Origin: Flectonema sp. DT1601
Taxonomy: Eukaryota
Length of the DNA: 64,000 nucleotides
Direction: 5' to 3'
Assembly (NCBI GenBank): GCA_964019425.1
Contig: OZ025802.1
Span: 310,001-374,000 of the forward strand
Below the pieces are notes generated by a model that worked only from the letters and a program-made list of their open reading frames with translations, did no database searches and had not been told where the DNA came from. This document shows positions 1 to 12,705 of the stretch, in pieces. The first letter of the stretch is position 1, and every line of letters begins with the position of its first letter. Both the position numbers and the translations under genes were made by a program.

Positions 1-588
1 TTTCGTTGGACGAGATTGATCTGGAGAGTGATACCTGATTCTCAAAAAACTGATATGCATGTACAACGACATCAACGAATATAACCCAACAGTGAAAATA
101 CTGACAATAGGAATGACCAGCAACATCAATTCCAACATAGTTGTTTGTTCCAACACGTATTGTTCACTTGCTTGCAGCTTCGTCCACGTTGATGAAACGA
201 GGCCCCACATACGACTGTCTTGATGATGCTTTGATGCATGTACGCACGCAGACCATATTGATCTTCGAAGTAAAATAATCATAACAAGAATATTCGCAGG
301 CTGAACTCCCCAAACCATTGAGAACATGATATAATGCATTTCAGCACCCTGAAGACACCTGGCAGCCCACATCTGTACAGGTATTAAACTCTCTCTCCAA
401 TTAGAGAATGAAAAATTCGTGACTTGCGGTAAACCATAGTTCGATTTTATAGTGTAGATTCCACTTGCGAATGTCGCCCATAAAGCAAATTTATAAAAAC
501 CCCAATCACCTAATAATGGGATCATCCACAGCACAAACATCACTATGATTGCAACGTGAGTGAAGAAATTTATCTGTGCGGGAGTCAT
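1..588 (-). CDS. TMEM33/Pom33-like multi-pass membrane protein; 3' end outside the window
   Basis: Not in the ORF track. Manual translation from ATG 588 is open to base 1: MTPAQINFFTHVAIIVMFVLWMIPLL...LYMHISFLRIRYHSPDQ. It has several hydrophobic helices and an FLRxRYxS motif resembling the TMEM33/Pom33 family. Confidence 0.55.
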   Translation of the reverse strand, partial: MTPAQINFFTHVAIIVMFVLWMIPLLGDWGFYKFALWATFASGIYTIKSNYGLPQVTNFSFSNWRESLIPVQMWAARCLQGAEMHYIMFSMVWGVQPANILVMIILLRRSIWSACVHASKHHQDSRMWGLVSSTWTKLQASEQYVLEQTTMLELMLLVIPIVSIFTVGLYSLMSLYMHISFLRIRYHSPDQSRPTK

Positions 589-843
589 CTTATGTTGTTT
601 GATACCTCTTTCTGGTTATTAAATAAGTGACTTAATTTGTAATTGGGTTCATAAATTCTATATATTGGACTACATCTGTTGAAAGAGAACAACGAGTATG
701 AGGGAGCAGACAAGTATCACTTACGTAATGGACGAAAATAAATTTTTTTTTTTTTTTTACAATACAAAAATGGGGACAAAGAAAATGTCCTCCCCAACCT
801 CTAAAGAAAAGAGTGACCGCAGAGGTGATGGTTGTGTGTTATT

Positions 844-1821
844 TTAAATATAAAACTCCTCTCGTGGTTGCATTCTGTGTGGTTTCTTTCGAGGTGACTT
901 AGACATCGGACGATTAGAAAACGGAGAAGGAGAATTCGGAGAATGAGATGGGTAACTAGGAGCTCTGATGTTAACTTGTTGAGGGGTCAGTGAGAGATCT
1001 GTTCCGTTTTTATTCCTTGGAGGTGAGACACGAAGGTCTGCATGAGGAGGACTAATCACGTTCGGATTTGGACTTCTCACTCCAGAAGGAAGAAGGACAG
1101 CGTTATCAATCCAAGAACCAATTGCCGGAGGTGTTGATTTCGATGGTCTTTCCTTTCTTGGTGATACTCTCTTTGGTGATCGTGGTCGTGGTTTCCCAAC
1201 ATGTATTGATCTCGATTTGAAATTAGTAAAATGATGTTTTGGTACTGCCAACACCTGAACAGGTTTAGTAAAAGGCATCGTAAATAAGGGATCGTCTCTT
1301 GGTTCTCTTCTTTCAGCCCAACCACCAGGTGGGCACCAACTCATCTCATTTGGTACATTCGAATCTATAATCGGATAGACACGTCCTTCATCATGAGCAG
1401 GTGGGATACCAGCTTGCTCTCCATAGTCTTGACTTGCCTTGGTCCATGGATCGAAATGAACTTCCCATCTCTTGGGTGAAGTTGGTGATGTACCTCCCAA
1501 TTCGTGATTAGTTCCGCTTGATAAGACTTGTTGGTTGTGTGAGTTTCGGATAAATCTCTTTTTCCCACTCTTTCCTCCGGTAGTTCCAGCATCACCCCAA
1601 CCTGTCCTCCTACAATACCAATACCATCTTTCTATTTTATAATGACAACTTTGGTATGATGAAATCGTCGCATGTTCTCCACTTCCAACAAAATCCATTA
1701 ACTGCGACAACGAGTCTATTCCACACTTGTCTATTAGTTTAGCTTCCTGTTCAGTCAATCGAAGCTGACCAGTTAGTTGTTGGTGAAATGTTGATGGCCT
1801 ACCATGGACGTCCTTCTCCAT
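844..1821 (-). CDS. Hypothetical protein with a Pro/Ser-rich C-terminal half
   Basis: 325-aa ORF flanked by poly(A/T) intergenic DNA, on the same strand as its neighbours. No recognisable domain. Confidence 0.6.
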   Translation of the reverse strand: MEKDVHGRPSTFHQQLTGQLRLTEQEAKLIDKCGIDSLSQLMDFVGSGEHATISSYQSCHYKIERWYWYCRRTGWGDAGTTGGKSGKKRFIRNSHNQQVLSSGTNHELGGTSPTSPKRWEVHFDPWTKASQDYGEQAGIPPAHDEGRVYPIIDSNVPNEMSWCPPGGWAERREPRDDPLFTMPFTKPVQVLAVPKHHFTNFKSRSIHVGKPRPRSPKRVSPRKERPSKSTPPAIGSWIDNAVLLPSGVRSPNPNVISPPHADLRVSPPRNKNGTDLSLTPQQVNIRAPSYPSHSPNSPSPFSNRPMSKSPRKKPHRMQPREEFYI

Positions 1822-2506
1822 TATAATTGAGATTTAAAAAAACTTTTTTAAAAAAAAAAAATAATAATATAAATTACTTTCATTCTCTGAGATTGTTTTT
1901 CTCACATCACATTTTCGTAAGATTGAAATCACATTTTTTTCATGAAATTAGTTGTCGTTTTTGTTCTGTTGAATGAAAGACGTGTTCAGACTTCGTTTTT
2001 TGTAATAAGTTTATACTTTTTTAAATTAAAAAAAAAAAAAAAAGGGAAAAGTAATTTTTTTCGTGTATCCTATGTTTTTTTTTTTTCCTTAGGAATAGAC
2101 ACTTAGATAGGAATGCTCTTGAACATTAAGGGAAGTGCATGTGGCACTTATTTTTTTTTAAAAAAAAAAAAAAAAAAAACTAAAATAGCTGTGTACCTTG
2201 GCGAATACCAAGAGAACAACAGCTGCAGGACCAAATGATGAACCGAAAAGAGAAAAAAAAAAGGACAAACAGAATAGAAAAAGAGAACAAAAAAAACACC
2301 GGACTCACCTTTTTTTCTTTTTTTTTGATTCTTTATTTTTTGATAGAAAAAAGAGAAAAAAAAAAACAACTATCTGCTTAAATCTGTTAACTACCAGGTA
2401 GTTAAAACTATAAAAAAGTAACAATCAATGAGACAGACAGGCAGGTGTGATATGAATTACTCGCAGGTAAAAAGCCATCCAAAAGAAAAATAGCAGCAAA
2501 TTAATA

Positions 2507-3766
2507 TTATGCCTTAGTCTTACTGTTTGGAGTGGGTAGCGGAGCAGAGTGTGCCCGCTCTTCCCTAGTAGGAGGGTCAGGTACTCGAGGTGGAGTCGGT
2601 TTTTGAACTGCCGGAATAGGAACCGGAGGTCTTCCCTTAGAAACACTACCAGCCAGCATAGTAGGTCTCGAAGGAGGAGGAGAAACCGCGTAATTATTTG
2701 CAACAGAAAGTGACTGTTGACGAGTAATAATCTTCGCAATGGTACCCTCCACTGTTTCTGGACCAATACCAATAGCTGAGAACTCATGTTCTAATTCGGT
2801 CCTAATTCGTTGTATTCTCGGTTTGTTTATCTCTTCTCGATATCTTTCTTCCCATTTAGTGTCGACGTTAAGTTGAGTTCCGTCTAACTTTTCCCAGGCA
2901 TTTCCTGTTACCCAGCTTTTACACAATACCAAAACCCCAAATGCGATTTCCTGTGAGGTGTAAGTAACACATATTGGGGTTCTGTAGACTTCGGTAGTCA
3001 GTTTGTAAGCAGCTATACACCAAGGGATACCTTCTCTACCGTGAATAAAATCTCTTACTCGACATCCCGTTAGTTGCTGTAGCTTATCTAACATCAGTGA
3101 AGCTGGTAGTTTGTATGTAAAATTAAACCTTAGCACGACAGCAATGAGGTAGAGTTCCGCCTGGTGGATTTGATCTTTTCTTGCTCGATAGTCTTGAGAT
3201 TGTGGTTCATGTCCCCATGCTTTCACCTGTTTTATTGTTAATCTAACTCGTATGAATATCATTAAGGGATTTAGTCGAAGAAATCACAATCAGGATAATA
3301 ATAATTAAAATAACCATACCACCAGATCTCCTAGAGTAAAGAGAGAATCCTCAACCTTAGCTGCGAGGAATAAACAAGCGCACATCATAACCCGACGATC
3401 ATAGTTACGAGGATGGTGATGATCATTTCGATCAAATTCAGGACCTTCGTATCCCATATAAAACCTCCACATGTAGAACATACACAGTTGAAGTGTTTGT
3501 TGTTGTCTTCGTAGTGAGAGCCATGAAACGAGTTCGTTAACTTGTTCCCAAGTATGAGTTCCAATACGCTGTCTCAAATCAATAATACTTAATCTCTCAC
3601 TGTGCGCACTACTTGTCGGAATTGTTGGAACAGAAACAGGTTCTCTTCTCATCGTCTGCACTCGACCTAGTGCTGCTTGAAATCCTTTTTCATGGTCTTC
3701 ATTTGGATCCTCTTCCTCGGTTTTTAACCTTTTTACTGACGGGCTTCTCTCGGACAAGCCATCCAT
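2507..3766 (-). CDS. Transcriptional cyclin (cyclin K/T/L-like), 2 exons
   Basis: Cyclin-box motifs CACLFLAAKVED and AELYLIAVVLRFNF, with a Pro-rich tail. A GTATGG...ACAG intron at 3319-3227 joins the two ORFs in frame (LGDLV/VKAWG). Confidence 0.85.
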
Positions 3767-3966
3767 TATTAGCTCAACGCAGCCAGCTTTCGTATCGTTT
3801 CTGTCTACGATATATCAACGCCTGGCTATGGAAGAATAAGAGACAGGCAGCATAGATGACAATAATATGTCGTTTTTTTTAGAACATAAAAATAGTTCTT
3901 AAAAAATAAAAAAAAGAGGGGATTGGGAGAAAAGGAAAAGGGTTGGCTTATTTTTTTAAAAAAACC

Positions 3967-4001
<35 letters not shown>

Positions 4002-5313
4002 CAAAATTTTCTTTTCGATTTTGTAAATAATTGTTAAGGCATCTACATAATGAATGTACCTGTAACGAAGAAAAGAAGTACCCGTTCCGCACGTGATTCT
4101 CCACAACAAGAGCACAATCATACAAGTGTACGTGAACCTGAAAAATAAAAACAACATAAACGCATTTCCCTACCATCTACCATAGTAACAACAAGAACAA
4201 CAAGAGAGGGAGATGCCTCACAAATAGGAAGATTTGCGCGCTTCCCTCATTTGTGAAAAATCTTTTTTTTTTTTTTTTTCCTTGATTTTCTAAAGTGTGT
4301 GGAATATAAGCTTTTGACACTCCAGAGATCTTCGTAAGGAAGCCTTTTGAAAGCACCAATAATGCCAAGGAGTTGGTTTCTTTTTTTATCTTTTTGCTGC
4401 TTTTTTTTTTTTTTTCCTCAAAAATAAAAAATCTCTAACCATCGATCAAATCTAGTTGGGTGGGTTGCCGAGGGAGCTGGTGGACGGTGAGTAAAGCGAT
4501 ATTACAACGTACTTGAGCCATTCAATGCCTGCCTACACTTTGAATTCTACCCGTGTACCAAAACCATGTACAAGACATTGGTTAAAGTTACCCCAGAAAA
4601 CAAATCACAAACTAAATAACTACAAAAAGAGATGGGTTTTCCCCATCTCATACGTATCTTGCTAATAATAATTATTTTTTTTTTATTTTATTTTTTTTTA
4701 TTTTTTTTGACACATAAAATAAGGATGAATAGTGAGCTCACTTAACAGAGAGCCCCCCTGAAGAGAATAAAGGGGATGAAAACAAAAACAAAAGATCAGC
4801 TCGACAACATACAACGTATCAAGTAGATGTTGCCTTCCACCTCGAATGCAACAGGTGGTAGATCTAATAGAAAAAGAAAATGGGAAAAAGAAGGGAGGGG
4901 GAAAAGGCGAATAAAAAATACTTCGCAGAACTCGATAACGAGAGTATAACAGAAAGAAAAAATCTAATTTCTAAGGGGAGTTTACGGGGAAGTGATAGAG
5001 ACACCAACACCAAATTACAAAAAGCCATGAAGTAAATATTATCCTTTTTTCAGCTCGTAGGGCCAACCTGACGAACAACAAGGTAAGAAAAACACTCTGT
5101 AAACAATATTTATAAGTACAGTCGGAGACAGAAATCCACCGCACGAAACGACGGGTTGATTAGACGCCCAACACAATGAAGTGAATTGACGACAAAAGAT
5201 GACCTGTTTTTATATAAATTACTAAGACGAAATGTAATAAGCAACACTATCGTTTAGAGTACAAACACACACCTCATAAGAACCTAATAATAATTTCGTC
5301 GTTAGCAGATCGC

Positions 5314-7254
5314 CTACGGATGCTGAGCTGCTTGCGGCTGTGCAGGCTGTCCTTGACTATACTTCTGTTGTTGAAGTGAACGCTGAAGTAGAGAAATCTG
5401 TTTAATATAACGTTCCTCATATTGCGACCACGTATTGCGTTCTTGTTGTCTCTCTGCGATTAGCTGAGCGTACCTCTGATTTTGTTCCTGTTGTTGTTTT
5501 TTGGTATAGTTGTCTATTTCACATTATTCTAATCCACAAACATAAATACATACAATTAACTGTTTCTTAGGCTCTTCAGCTGCGAGGAAGCACTTGGCGA
5601 TTTCCTCCTTAAGCTGCTCATTCTTGGCGTAGACGTGATGGATAACTTGCATGGTTCCATCAAGATTGATTCGGAGTGAAATATTTTCTTTTTCAACTTC
5701 TGGAACTTCGTTATCAGATGACTGTAATGTTGATTCCAGTGCTCGCTGAATGTTATGCTCATGTTGAACTTCCATATCACGGAATACTTTTTCAAAAGCG
5801 ACCACCTCCAACGAACGCTGTTCAAGTTCTGAGATCAGCTGATCTCTTTGTGAGAGATATTGTTCTACTTCGTGACGCATTTGACCTTCTTCTGCAAGTT
5901 TTGCTTTTAGAAGCTCGTTGTGAATGTCTAGCTGTTCAGTTTTTTGTGATGCCAAATGATTCTTTAATTTCTTAAAACATTTTCTAGATTCCTGAAGCCT
6001 GGACATCATAGCAATACACTTAGTAGTAGTTTCTTGGTGTTTTAAGTGAAGCTTTTGAAGTTTGAAATCAGCAGACTCAGCACTCTGTTGTTGATGGTAG
6101 TACATGGCTCTTAGAGATTGGTTTTCAGCAATTATTTGGTGAACTCCTTTGTAGAGTTTTTGAGAAACATGTGCTTGTTCGCTGTCAAGTTGTCTTTTTA
6201 ACGCCATGGCAACGTAGTTGCTGACATCCTCGTCTGTGTCGGCGTTTCTTAGCTGACTTGGAACGTCGTCAAATAGTGAGCCGGTTCCGTAAACTGTTGT
6301 GGGAGTCTCAACAGGTGGAGTCGATTGTTTAAACTGCTGATGATTATAAAATGGATTAGCTTGCGATCCATCGTATGGTTGAATTGAATTATCTCCTAAT
6401 CCCAAATGACTTGTAATTCTTGTTTGAGATTTGAAATTAGGACTCGCAGATCTAACAACCTGCAGTCTTGGAGGAGTTGTCGGCTGAACTCTATCATCAG
6501 TAACCATTGGTGTTGGATCGTTAACTGATTCTGTTTCTGTTTCAGTCTCTTGTTGTTCTGTCACTTCAAGCTGAGCATTCATCGGAGGTATCACTACTCT
6601 CGGTTCTGATGTACATCTTGATTCACTTCCATGTGATAAAGTTGTTTGTTGATTTACTTTAACTCTGTAAGGACTTAGAACAGCTGCAGCTGTTGGAGAT
6701 GATGAAACTCTTCTAACGACAAAGTCTTCATCGTAAGTTGCGTCTACAAAAGTTGCTCTTTCTTCTTCGTAGAGAACTTTTCCATCGCTGGTGATTTCAA
6801 TACCGTCGTGATGTTCTTCTGATTGGTTTATTGGATGTGCGGGTTGAAGAAGTTTTCTCGGAGTAGTGTTACTGTTTGGAGACATTCCTCTTCTCTCATC
6901 ACACATCTGTCTGATAGTACCGAGAGCTACAGCATATTGTTGATCCATGTGTGCTATCTTTTCACCCTGACTCTTTAAAACAGCCATTAACTCAGAAGGT
7001 GATCCTGGTGAGTTTCTCGTCTCAGAATGACGCTTTGGATTTTGAACAATTTGGTACCAATCAATCCAACTATCAACTGTAATTGGTTTAGCTACCACTC
7101 CGTACCTTGATTTGCATAAAGTCTTCCATACTGTTTCATCCATGCTTGCATTGTACCATTTTCTTGAGACTCTCATCAAATTATGCAAATCTTCATCATC
7201 GAAGTACGTCATCACTTTAAATATGATACAATCGACATTCCATAGACTCTCCAT
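5314..7254 (-). CDS. F-box protein with a C-terminal coiled coil, 2 exons
   Basis: F-box-like IIFKVMTYFDDEDLHNLMRVSRKWYNASMDETVWKTLC after ATG 7254. A GTATGT...ACAG intron at 5553-5488 gives an in-frame last exon EQNQRYAQ...AAQHP* ending at 5314. Confidence 0.8.
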
Positions 7255-7562
7255 GGTTGGTGTAAAGATGGGAACCTTTTTTAATGAATTAATTAGTGAA
7301 TGAATTTGACAAAAAAATTGTTTATTTTTTTTTTTGTTATTGTTGACAAAAATGTGTGACAACGTTCTGCAGAAGGTATTAATTTAACCATCAAAGAATT
7401 GATAGATAAATAAAGTTTGGTGCTTTTTTTTTTTTTTTTTTTTGTGCGTGTGAGGCTCACTGTTGGTAGTGGCTTCTTTTTTTTTTTTTTTTTTGAACGT
7501 ATATAACTCACTACTCCTGAAGACTACAGATATCATTTATGGAACACAACCTGCGCCAGCTA

Positions 7563-7751
7563 TCATTTTTGCACTTTAATTTTAATAAATCGAGACCTCT
7601 GAGGTATTCTGGATCGTGCTCTGGGATCAAGCTGAGCATCTTCAGGATCTAACGGCGCGTAACAAACATCCTCCTCAGAGAGGACCTGAGCCAACCGCTG
7701 AAGATATGACCCCTTCGGGTGATCAGTTCCATGAGGTAATCTACTTGGCAT
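7563..7751 (-). CDS. Small hypothetical protein (62 aa), possibly partial
   Basis: ATG-initiated ORF with coding-like composition between poly(A/T) tracts, on the gene-cluster strand. Confidence 0.35.
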   Translation of the reverse strand: MPSRLPHGTDHPKGSYLQRLAQVLSEEDVCYAPLDPEDAQLDPRARSRIPQRSRFIKIKVQK

Positions 7752-7946
7752 ATTACTGAAGGAAAAATACTATAAAATATTTAAAAGTGAGTTGTATATC
7801 ACCCACCTCTCTCTCCTATTACTGGAGCTCCTGTCATTGGATGTATAAAAACAAATTAACACAACAAGAGTTATCACTAATTGGAAAAAAGAAAAAAAAA
7901 AAAAAAGAAAAGGTAAAAATAAAACATATCAACCGACTGCAAGGGA

Positions 7947-8582
7947 TCAATCTTGGTAAAATACTCTCTTAATTTGAGCGTCTTTCGCAGCTGCTCGTTG
8001 ACGTAATTTCAATCGCTGTTTCTTCGAAAGGTGTGAGAATGGTATTTGAGAAGCTTTCTTATTAAGAGAGAGATGAGCATCTTTATGTGTGACAGCCATT
8101 GGAAGATCAACAACAGAATTTCCGATGCCGCGACGATCTCTTCGACGAGTTCTGAGAGGGACTCTAATTCCTGAATTACTTCGTCCTAGACCAGTTCCAG
8201 GTGACCAACCCATCTGTTGAGCCATTGAAAACCCTTTTGAAGACCTATTGTAGTAAGCCACCTTAATATCATCACTACTGATGTTGGAAGCCTCTAATCC
8301 TTTTCTCTGCATCGCCATAACATGTGATGCCTTTACTAAGTGATCCCTGTACCGACCTGAAAACATTTCACCACAAGAAGGACATTCCCTCTTGTCACAC
8401 TTATCAACAACATTATTCGTTTTATTGTTTCCAATAATATTAAGGTACAGATCCATCGATGTGGTGTCTTCTTTTATGTTATTTTGTTTGCTATCATTTT
8501 TGACATGATCGTTATTTCGTAGTTTACGTTGTTCATCCTCAAAGGTTGTTTCAGCTTTCTTGAATATCACAGGAGACGTCAT
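7947..8582 (-). CDS. G-patch domain protein with a C2H2-like zinc finger
   Basis: G-patch signature SSKGFSMAQQMGWSPGTGLGRSNSGIRVPL, preceded by CPSC...H...H. Confidence 0.85.
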   Translation of the reverse strand: MTSPVIFKKAETTFEDEQRKLRNNDHVKNDSKQNNIKEDTTSMDLYLNIIGNNKTNNVVDKCDKRECPSCGEMFSGRYRDHLVKASHVMAMQRKGLEASNISSDDIKVAYYNRSSKGFSMAQQMGWSPGTGLGRSNSGIRVPLRTRRRDRRGIGNSVVDLPMAVTHKDAHLSLNKKASQIPFSHLSKKQRLKLRQRAAAKDAQIKRVFYQD

Positions 8583-8849
8583 TGAGGTTAACTTCTATGA
8601 GTTCATTTTTTTTTTTATTATTATTATCGAAAAAACAGAGTCTTGTCTGTGGGTAGTTAAGATAATACAATGCAAAATAATTGTCTGCAAAATCCAGTGT
8701 TATCTAAGAACATTATTATGAATCAGATAACTCTTTTTTATCAAACTTCGGTTGATAAGTAAACGGTCGCACATAAGAACGCCACATTAGTGACAACCAA
8801 GACCCGATTACAATATAAAAAAAAAAAGGAAAGCAATCAAATCAACTAT

Positions 8850-9402
8850 TTAGGCGCGTGCGATCATAGGAATGATGTAGAGGATAAATGGTGCTCGCAA
8901 CAACCAAGTTCCCTGTTTTGTTTTTTTTTGTTTTTTGTTGTTTGTTAAAATATAAACACCAAAAGTATAAAATATACTTTCTTTTTCATTCACAAACCTC
9001 ATTTACGATTCCAGAAACACAGATGTCTGTTACTGTTTCTGGTTTACAACGTTGAATATATGATCCTAAGCTAGGGATGCTGTGCAATTTTGCAATCCAT
9101 CCGGTTATAGTTCCTTCGCCAATCCAATCTTCTAGCGCTGCGGTTAATGAAAACAGCGCACATGCGTAGTATAACACCACCCACATTATTATATACTCCA
9201 CGGTCATTACGACCATACCAATAAATCCATATTTTTTAATGAGCTCAGTTGTACTCAATTTAACTTGCGGTCTGCTAGTCGTCGCCTTTGTAGCTCTCTG
9301 AGTTTTTATCAATAGATGATTCGATTGCAATTTTCCGCTTTTAGCAATCCTTCCGCATTGCATTTGTCGAAGGGCAAATGCTGTACGGCGTAATATAGAC
9401 AT
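8850..9402 (-). CDS. FAM210/DUF1279-like mitochondrial membrane protein, 2 exons
   Basis: Arg-rich presequence, then LIKKYGFIGMVV and a TM helix. A GTTTGT...ACAG intron at 8997-8913 gives the last exon GTWLLRAPFILYIIPMIARA*. Confidence 0.6.
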
Positions 9403-10312
9403 TTTTTTTTTTTTTTTTTTTTTAAAGGACTGGTTTGTTGGAGTAATGTATGCGACAGGAGAAAGTTGGTTTTAACCATGAACTGCTTGACGTAGAATCA
9501 AAAAAAAAAAAAAAAAAACAATCGTTCACGGCAATATGATGAGGATGAAATATCCCATACCACAAGTTATCATTTCAAGGTGGGAACAAAAAAAAAAAAA
9601 AAAATGTGGGGGAAAAAAAACAATCATATGGTGAATAGGTATAAGGGATGCCAGTCAGGTACATATATTTATAATCTGCTACTACGTAAAGGGGTAAGGT
9701 GGAAAAAAAAGAAAACACTACCAGCAACCGACATCTCAAGGGATGATTTTTTTGATCCTATTTTATAGGCAAAGAAGGTAGAAAGAATCCTTGCAAAGAG
9801 TACTGCAGCAGCAACAACTGGAATAATAATAATTATTTAAAAAAAAATAAAAAAACAGAGTTTGGCTTTTTTGCATCTTTAAAACTATACAGAAAATAGT
9901 AATATAACACTTTGTTGATATTTTTTTGTTTGGGTTACGAAACCTGTGTGTTGCCAGTATTCTTTTAAAAAAATAAATAAAAAAAAAAAAAAAAAAAAAC
10001 AGTCTCCGATATTGCTATACTAAAAGGAACCTATTTAGCGATGCGGATAATTTTAGAAGAATAAAAATAACATAACAAAACTCATAGCAAGTATGAAACA
10101 CCTTTTTATGCCTTTGACATTGGGTGTCGTGTTTCAAGAAAACAAAAATTCAAGCAGCAGCAAGCCATAGGAATGGAACAGTATGTTTAAAAATAAAATA
10201 AAGAAAAAAAATAAAAAAAAAACAGATGGAAGAAATATCCAACTACGAGATAATATATTTTCTATTTTTTTTTTTGTATGACAACACAAAAAATACAAAA
10301 CAAAAATAAGAC

Positions 10313-10359
<47 letters not shown>

Positions 10360-10635
10360 TTGGGTAGAACCACATCAGAAAAAGAAAAACAAACATATCA
10401 AGGTTGTAGCGCCCTTACAAGTCAAATAAGCAACTGAGATTGAAAAAAAATAACACAGGGCGCCCCAAAGATATCACTATCTGGTAAGCGTACTGCTCTA
10501 TTTTCCCCATCCTGTCATTATTGCATACGAGTTTCGAATCACAGTTTGTGTAACAACAAGCGACGGGGTACAAAAAAAAAAAAAAAAAAAAAAAATTGCT
10601 CATATCTTTTATAGGCACTACAACCATAACAAGTG

Positions 10636-12198
10636 CTATCCACCATTGCTACTGCAATCAGCCATATGTGGTACCAAAGACCTCATTATGGCATCTTTTA
10701 AGTGACTCGGTAGTTGGGTTAACTGAGGCTGAACTGCTCTGTAATTTCCAATAACAAAATGAATAGCGGAATTAATTATAGAAGGTTGCTGCAGTTCCTC
10801 AGCTCTGATAAGCAAAGGAACAACATTACTCGCTGTTATGTTTTGTTCAATTGCTGCAGTACAAATGTCGTGAAGAGAATCACAACAATAATAATTAGCT
10901 AAAGACAAAACTTCAACATCTCGAGGGGCCTCTTCTGGTTTACCTGGAGAAGGAACACCACCGTAAAGATAATAAATAAACCTCCTGAAAGCTTCTTCAG
11001 ATGGTTGTTCGCCATCACAAAGAACTGGAGCAGTAATAACCCGACCAGCTTTACTTTCTAACATATCAGAATGAAATAGATCATGAAAATATCTACAAGC
11101 AGCACTTAGGATAACTTTATGTGCTGATATCTCTGCTGATCTACACGAAAGAATCACATCAGAGAATTCCTTATTGTTATATATTTTATTTGACAACAAA
11201 GACGCCGCTCTATGTATGTAGTCGTTCACTAAAAAAGATGATACGTCCAACACATTCAAGTCATTGTAGCAGTGTCGTCGATCCCAACCACCAAAAATAT
11301 ACATACCACCACCAACAATAGCAGCAGCATGTGTATTTCGCGGGCTTGGAGGTGTTCCGGAGATTGCCGGTGTGATCCATTTTGTTCGAGATATACAGTC
11401 TTCATCAGTGACAAGAACGTGAACGTCGTTCATTAAGTTGGGTAGTGGACTGTGTGGGATTTCATCTGTCCAACCTCCAAAGATAACAACATTCCTTCCA
11501 ACTGAACATATCGATAAGTGACCTCTCGGAGAGGGAGAGTTAGGAAGGCTTAGTTCTCTCCAAGTATTGTTCAACATGTTTAAGTAGTGAAGATCATTAC
11601 TAAATGTCGTCGATAATCCTCCAAATATCCATAATAAGTCTCCAACCATTACTGTTGAATGACCACATCTAGGAGATGGTCTATCGCCAACTGTATGAAG
11701 CTCACTCCATGTTTGGGTATCAGTGTTATAAATTTGTGTATCATTTAAATGAGTTTGCGTTGCTCCACCGAACACCACTAGGTTATTATTATAAGCTGAA
11801 CAGCTGTGAGCATACCGTGCGGGAGGTTCATTTTTTAGAGTTATACGATCACTTATGTCACACCACTGAAAGTCATTAACATCCAACGTGTGCATATCAC
11901 CGAGACATTGTGTCACTGCCGGTTCTTGAACTTCAGTTGCGGCGCTTTCACCTCCGAATAAATAGACTTTATTATCTATCAGTGTCGCAGAGTGATTCCA
12001 TCTGCTTTGTGGTACTGTTTGGCTGATTGGAAACATCCATTTGTGACTTGTGGTGTCGTATACAGATACCTGCATTCCCATTCCATTTCCAGGTGTTCCA
12101 CGTCCCCCAAACATCAGCAGTAATCTCCCAAATGGGATCATCGTATGTGCTCTCCTTGCTGATGGTGCAACGTCTCCCTTTAACGACGTCCACGACAT
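10636..12198 (-). CDS. Kelch-repeat plus BTB domain protein (LZTR1-like architecture)
   Basis: About six Kelch repeats (PxxRxxH...FGG) followed by a BTB domain (FSDVIL...AHKVILSAACRYF). Confidence 0.9.
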   Translation of the reverse strand: MSWTSLKGDVAPSARRAHTMIPFGRLLLMFGGRGTPGNGMGMQVSVYDTTSHKWMFPISQTVPQSRWNHSATLIDNKVYLFGGESAATEVQEPAVTQCLGDMHTLDVNDFQWCDISDRITLKNEPPARYAHSCSAYNNNLVVFGGATQTHLNDTQIYNTDTQTWSELHTVGDRPSPRCGHSTVMVGDLLWIFGGLSTTFSNDLHYLNMLNNTWRELSLPNSPSPRGHLSICSVGRNVVIFGGWTDEIPHSPLPNLMNDVHVLVTDEDCISRTKWITPAISGTPPSPRNTHAAAIVGGGMYIFGGWDRRHCYNDLNVLDVSSFLVNDYIHRAASLLSNKIYNNKEFSDVILSCRSAEISAHKVILSAACRYFHDLFHSDMLESKAGRVITAPVLCDGEQPSEEAFRRFIYYLYGGVPSPGKPEEAPRDVEVLSLANYYCCDSLHDICTAAIEQNITASNVVPLLIRAEELQQPSIINSAIHFVIGNYRAVQPQLTQLPSHLKDAIMRSLVPHMADCSSNGG

Positions 12199-12705
12199 TG
12201 TTTTCTTATTAGGAATACACTTTTTATTTTTATTTTTTTTTTAATTATTATTGTTGTTCCTGAACCAGTAAAATAATAAATTTAGCAACGAGCTTTTACA
12301 TATTTTAATAACAAACATATAAATACAAACAGCAACACCCGAGAACACGAGTAGTAAGCTAGTTAACAAAGAGCCTCTCAGTTAGAGTTGGTAACAGTAA
12401 CCTCAATGGGTTTTATGTAGGTAAACAAGTACGTCACAGAGACACTAGTACTACAAGTTTTGTTAACAGGGTATCACTGCTGTTAGAACCAGTTAAGTAG
12501 TATTTTGAGTTCACTACCAACCGTACACACTATTGAACAATAACTTTTTCTTCTCATGTTTTTAAAATTATTTTGCGTAAACGGCTTAACGTAAAATTTT
12601 GGAAAGTCTGCATCACAGCTTTCCCTCGCCGCTCTGTTGTATTTCACATGTCGACCGATGTGTGAGCGTCGTATTGGTATCATCACTTTGACACACATTG
12701 TTTTA

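Noticed and set aside
2148..2401. Lys/Phe-rich short ORFs here and in other intergenic regions and arrays
   Set aside because: Translations of poly(A)/poly(T) tracts.
4400..5300. Possible ncRNA or spliced-leader gene in the long intergenic region
   Set aside because: No recognisable tRNA, snRNA or SL motif. Likely UTR.
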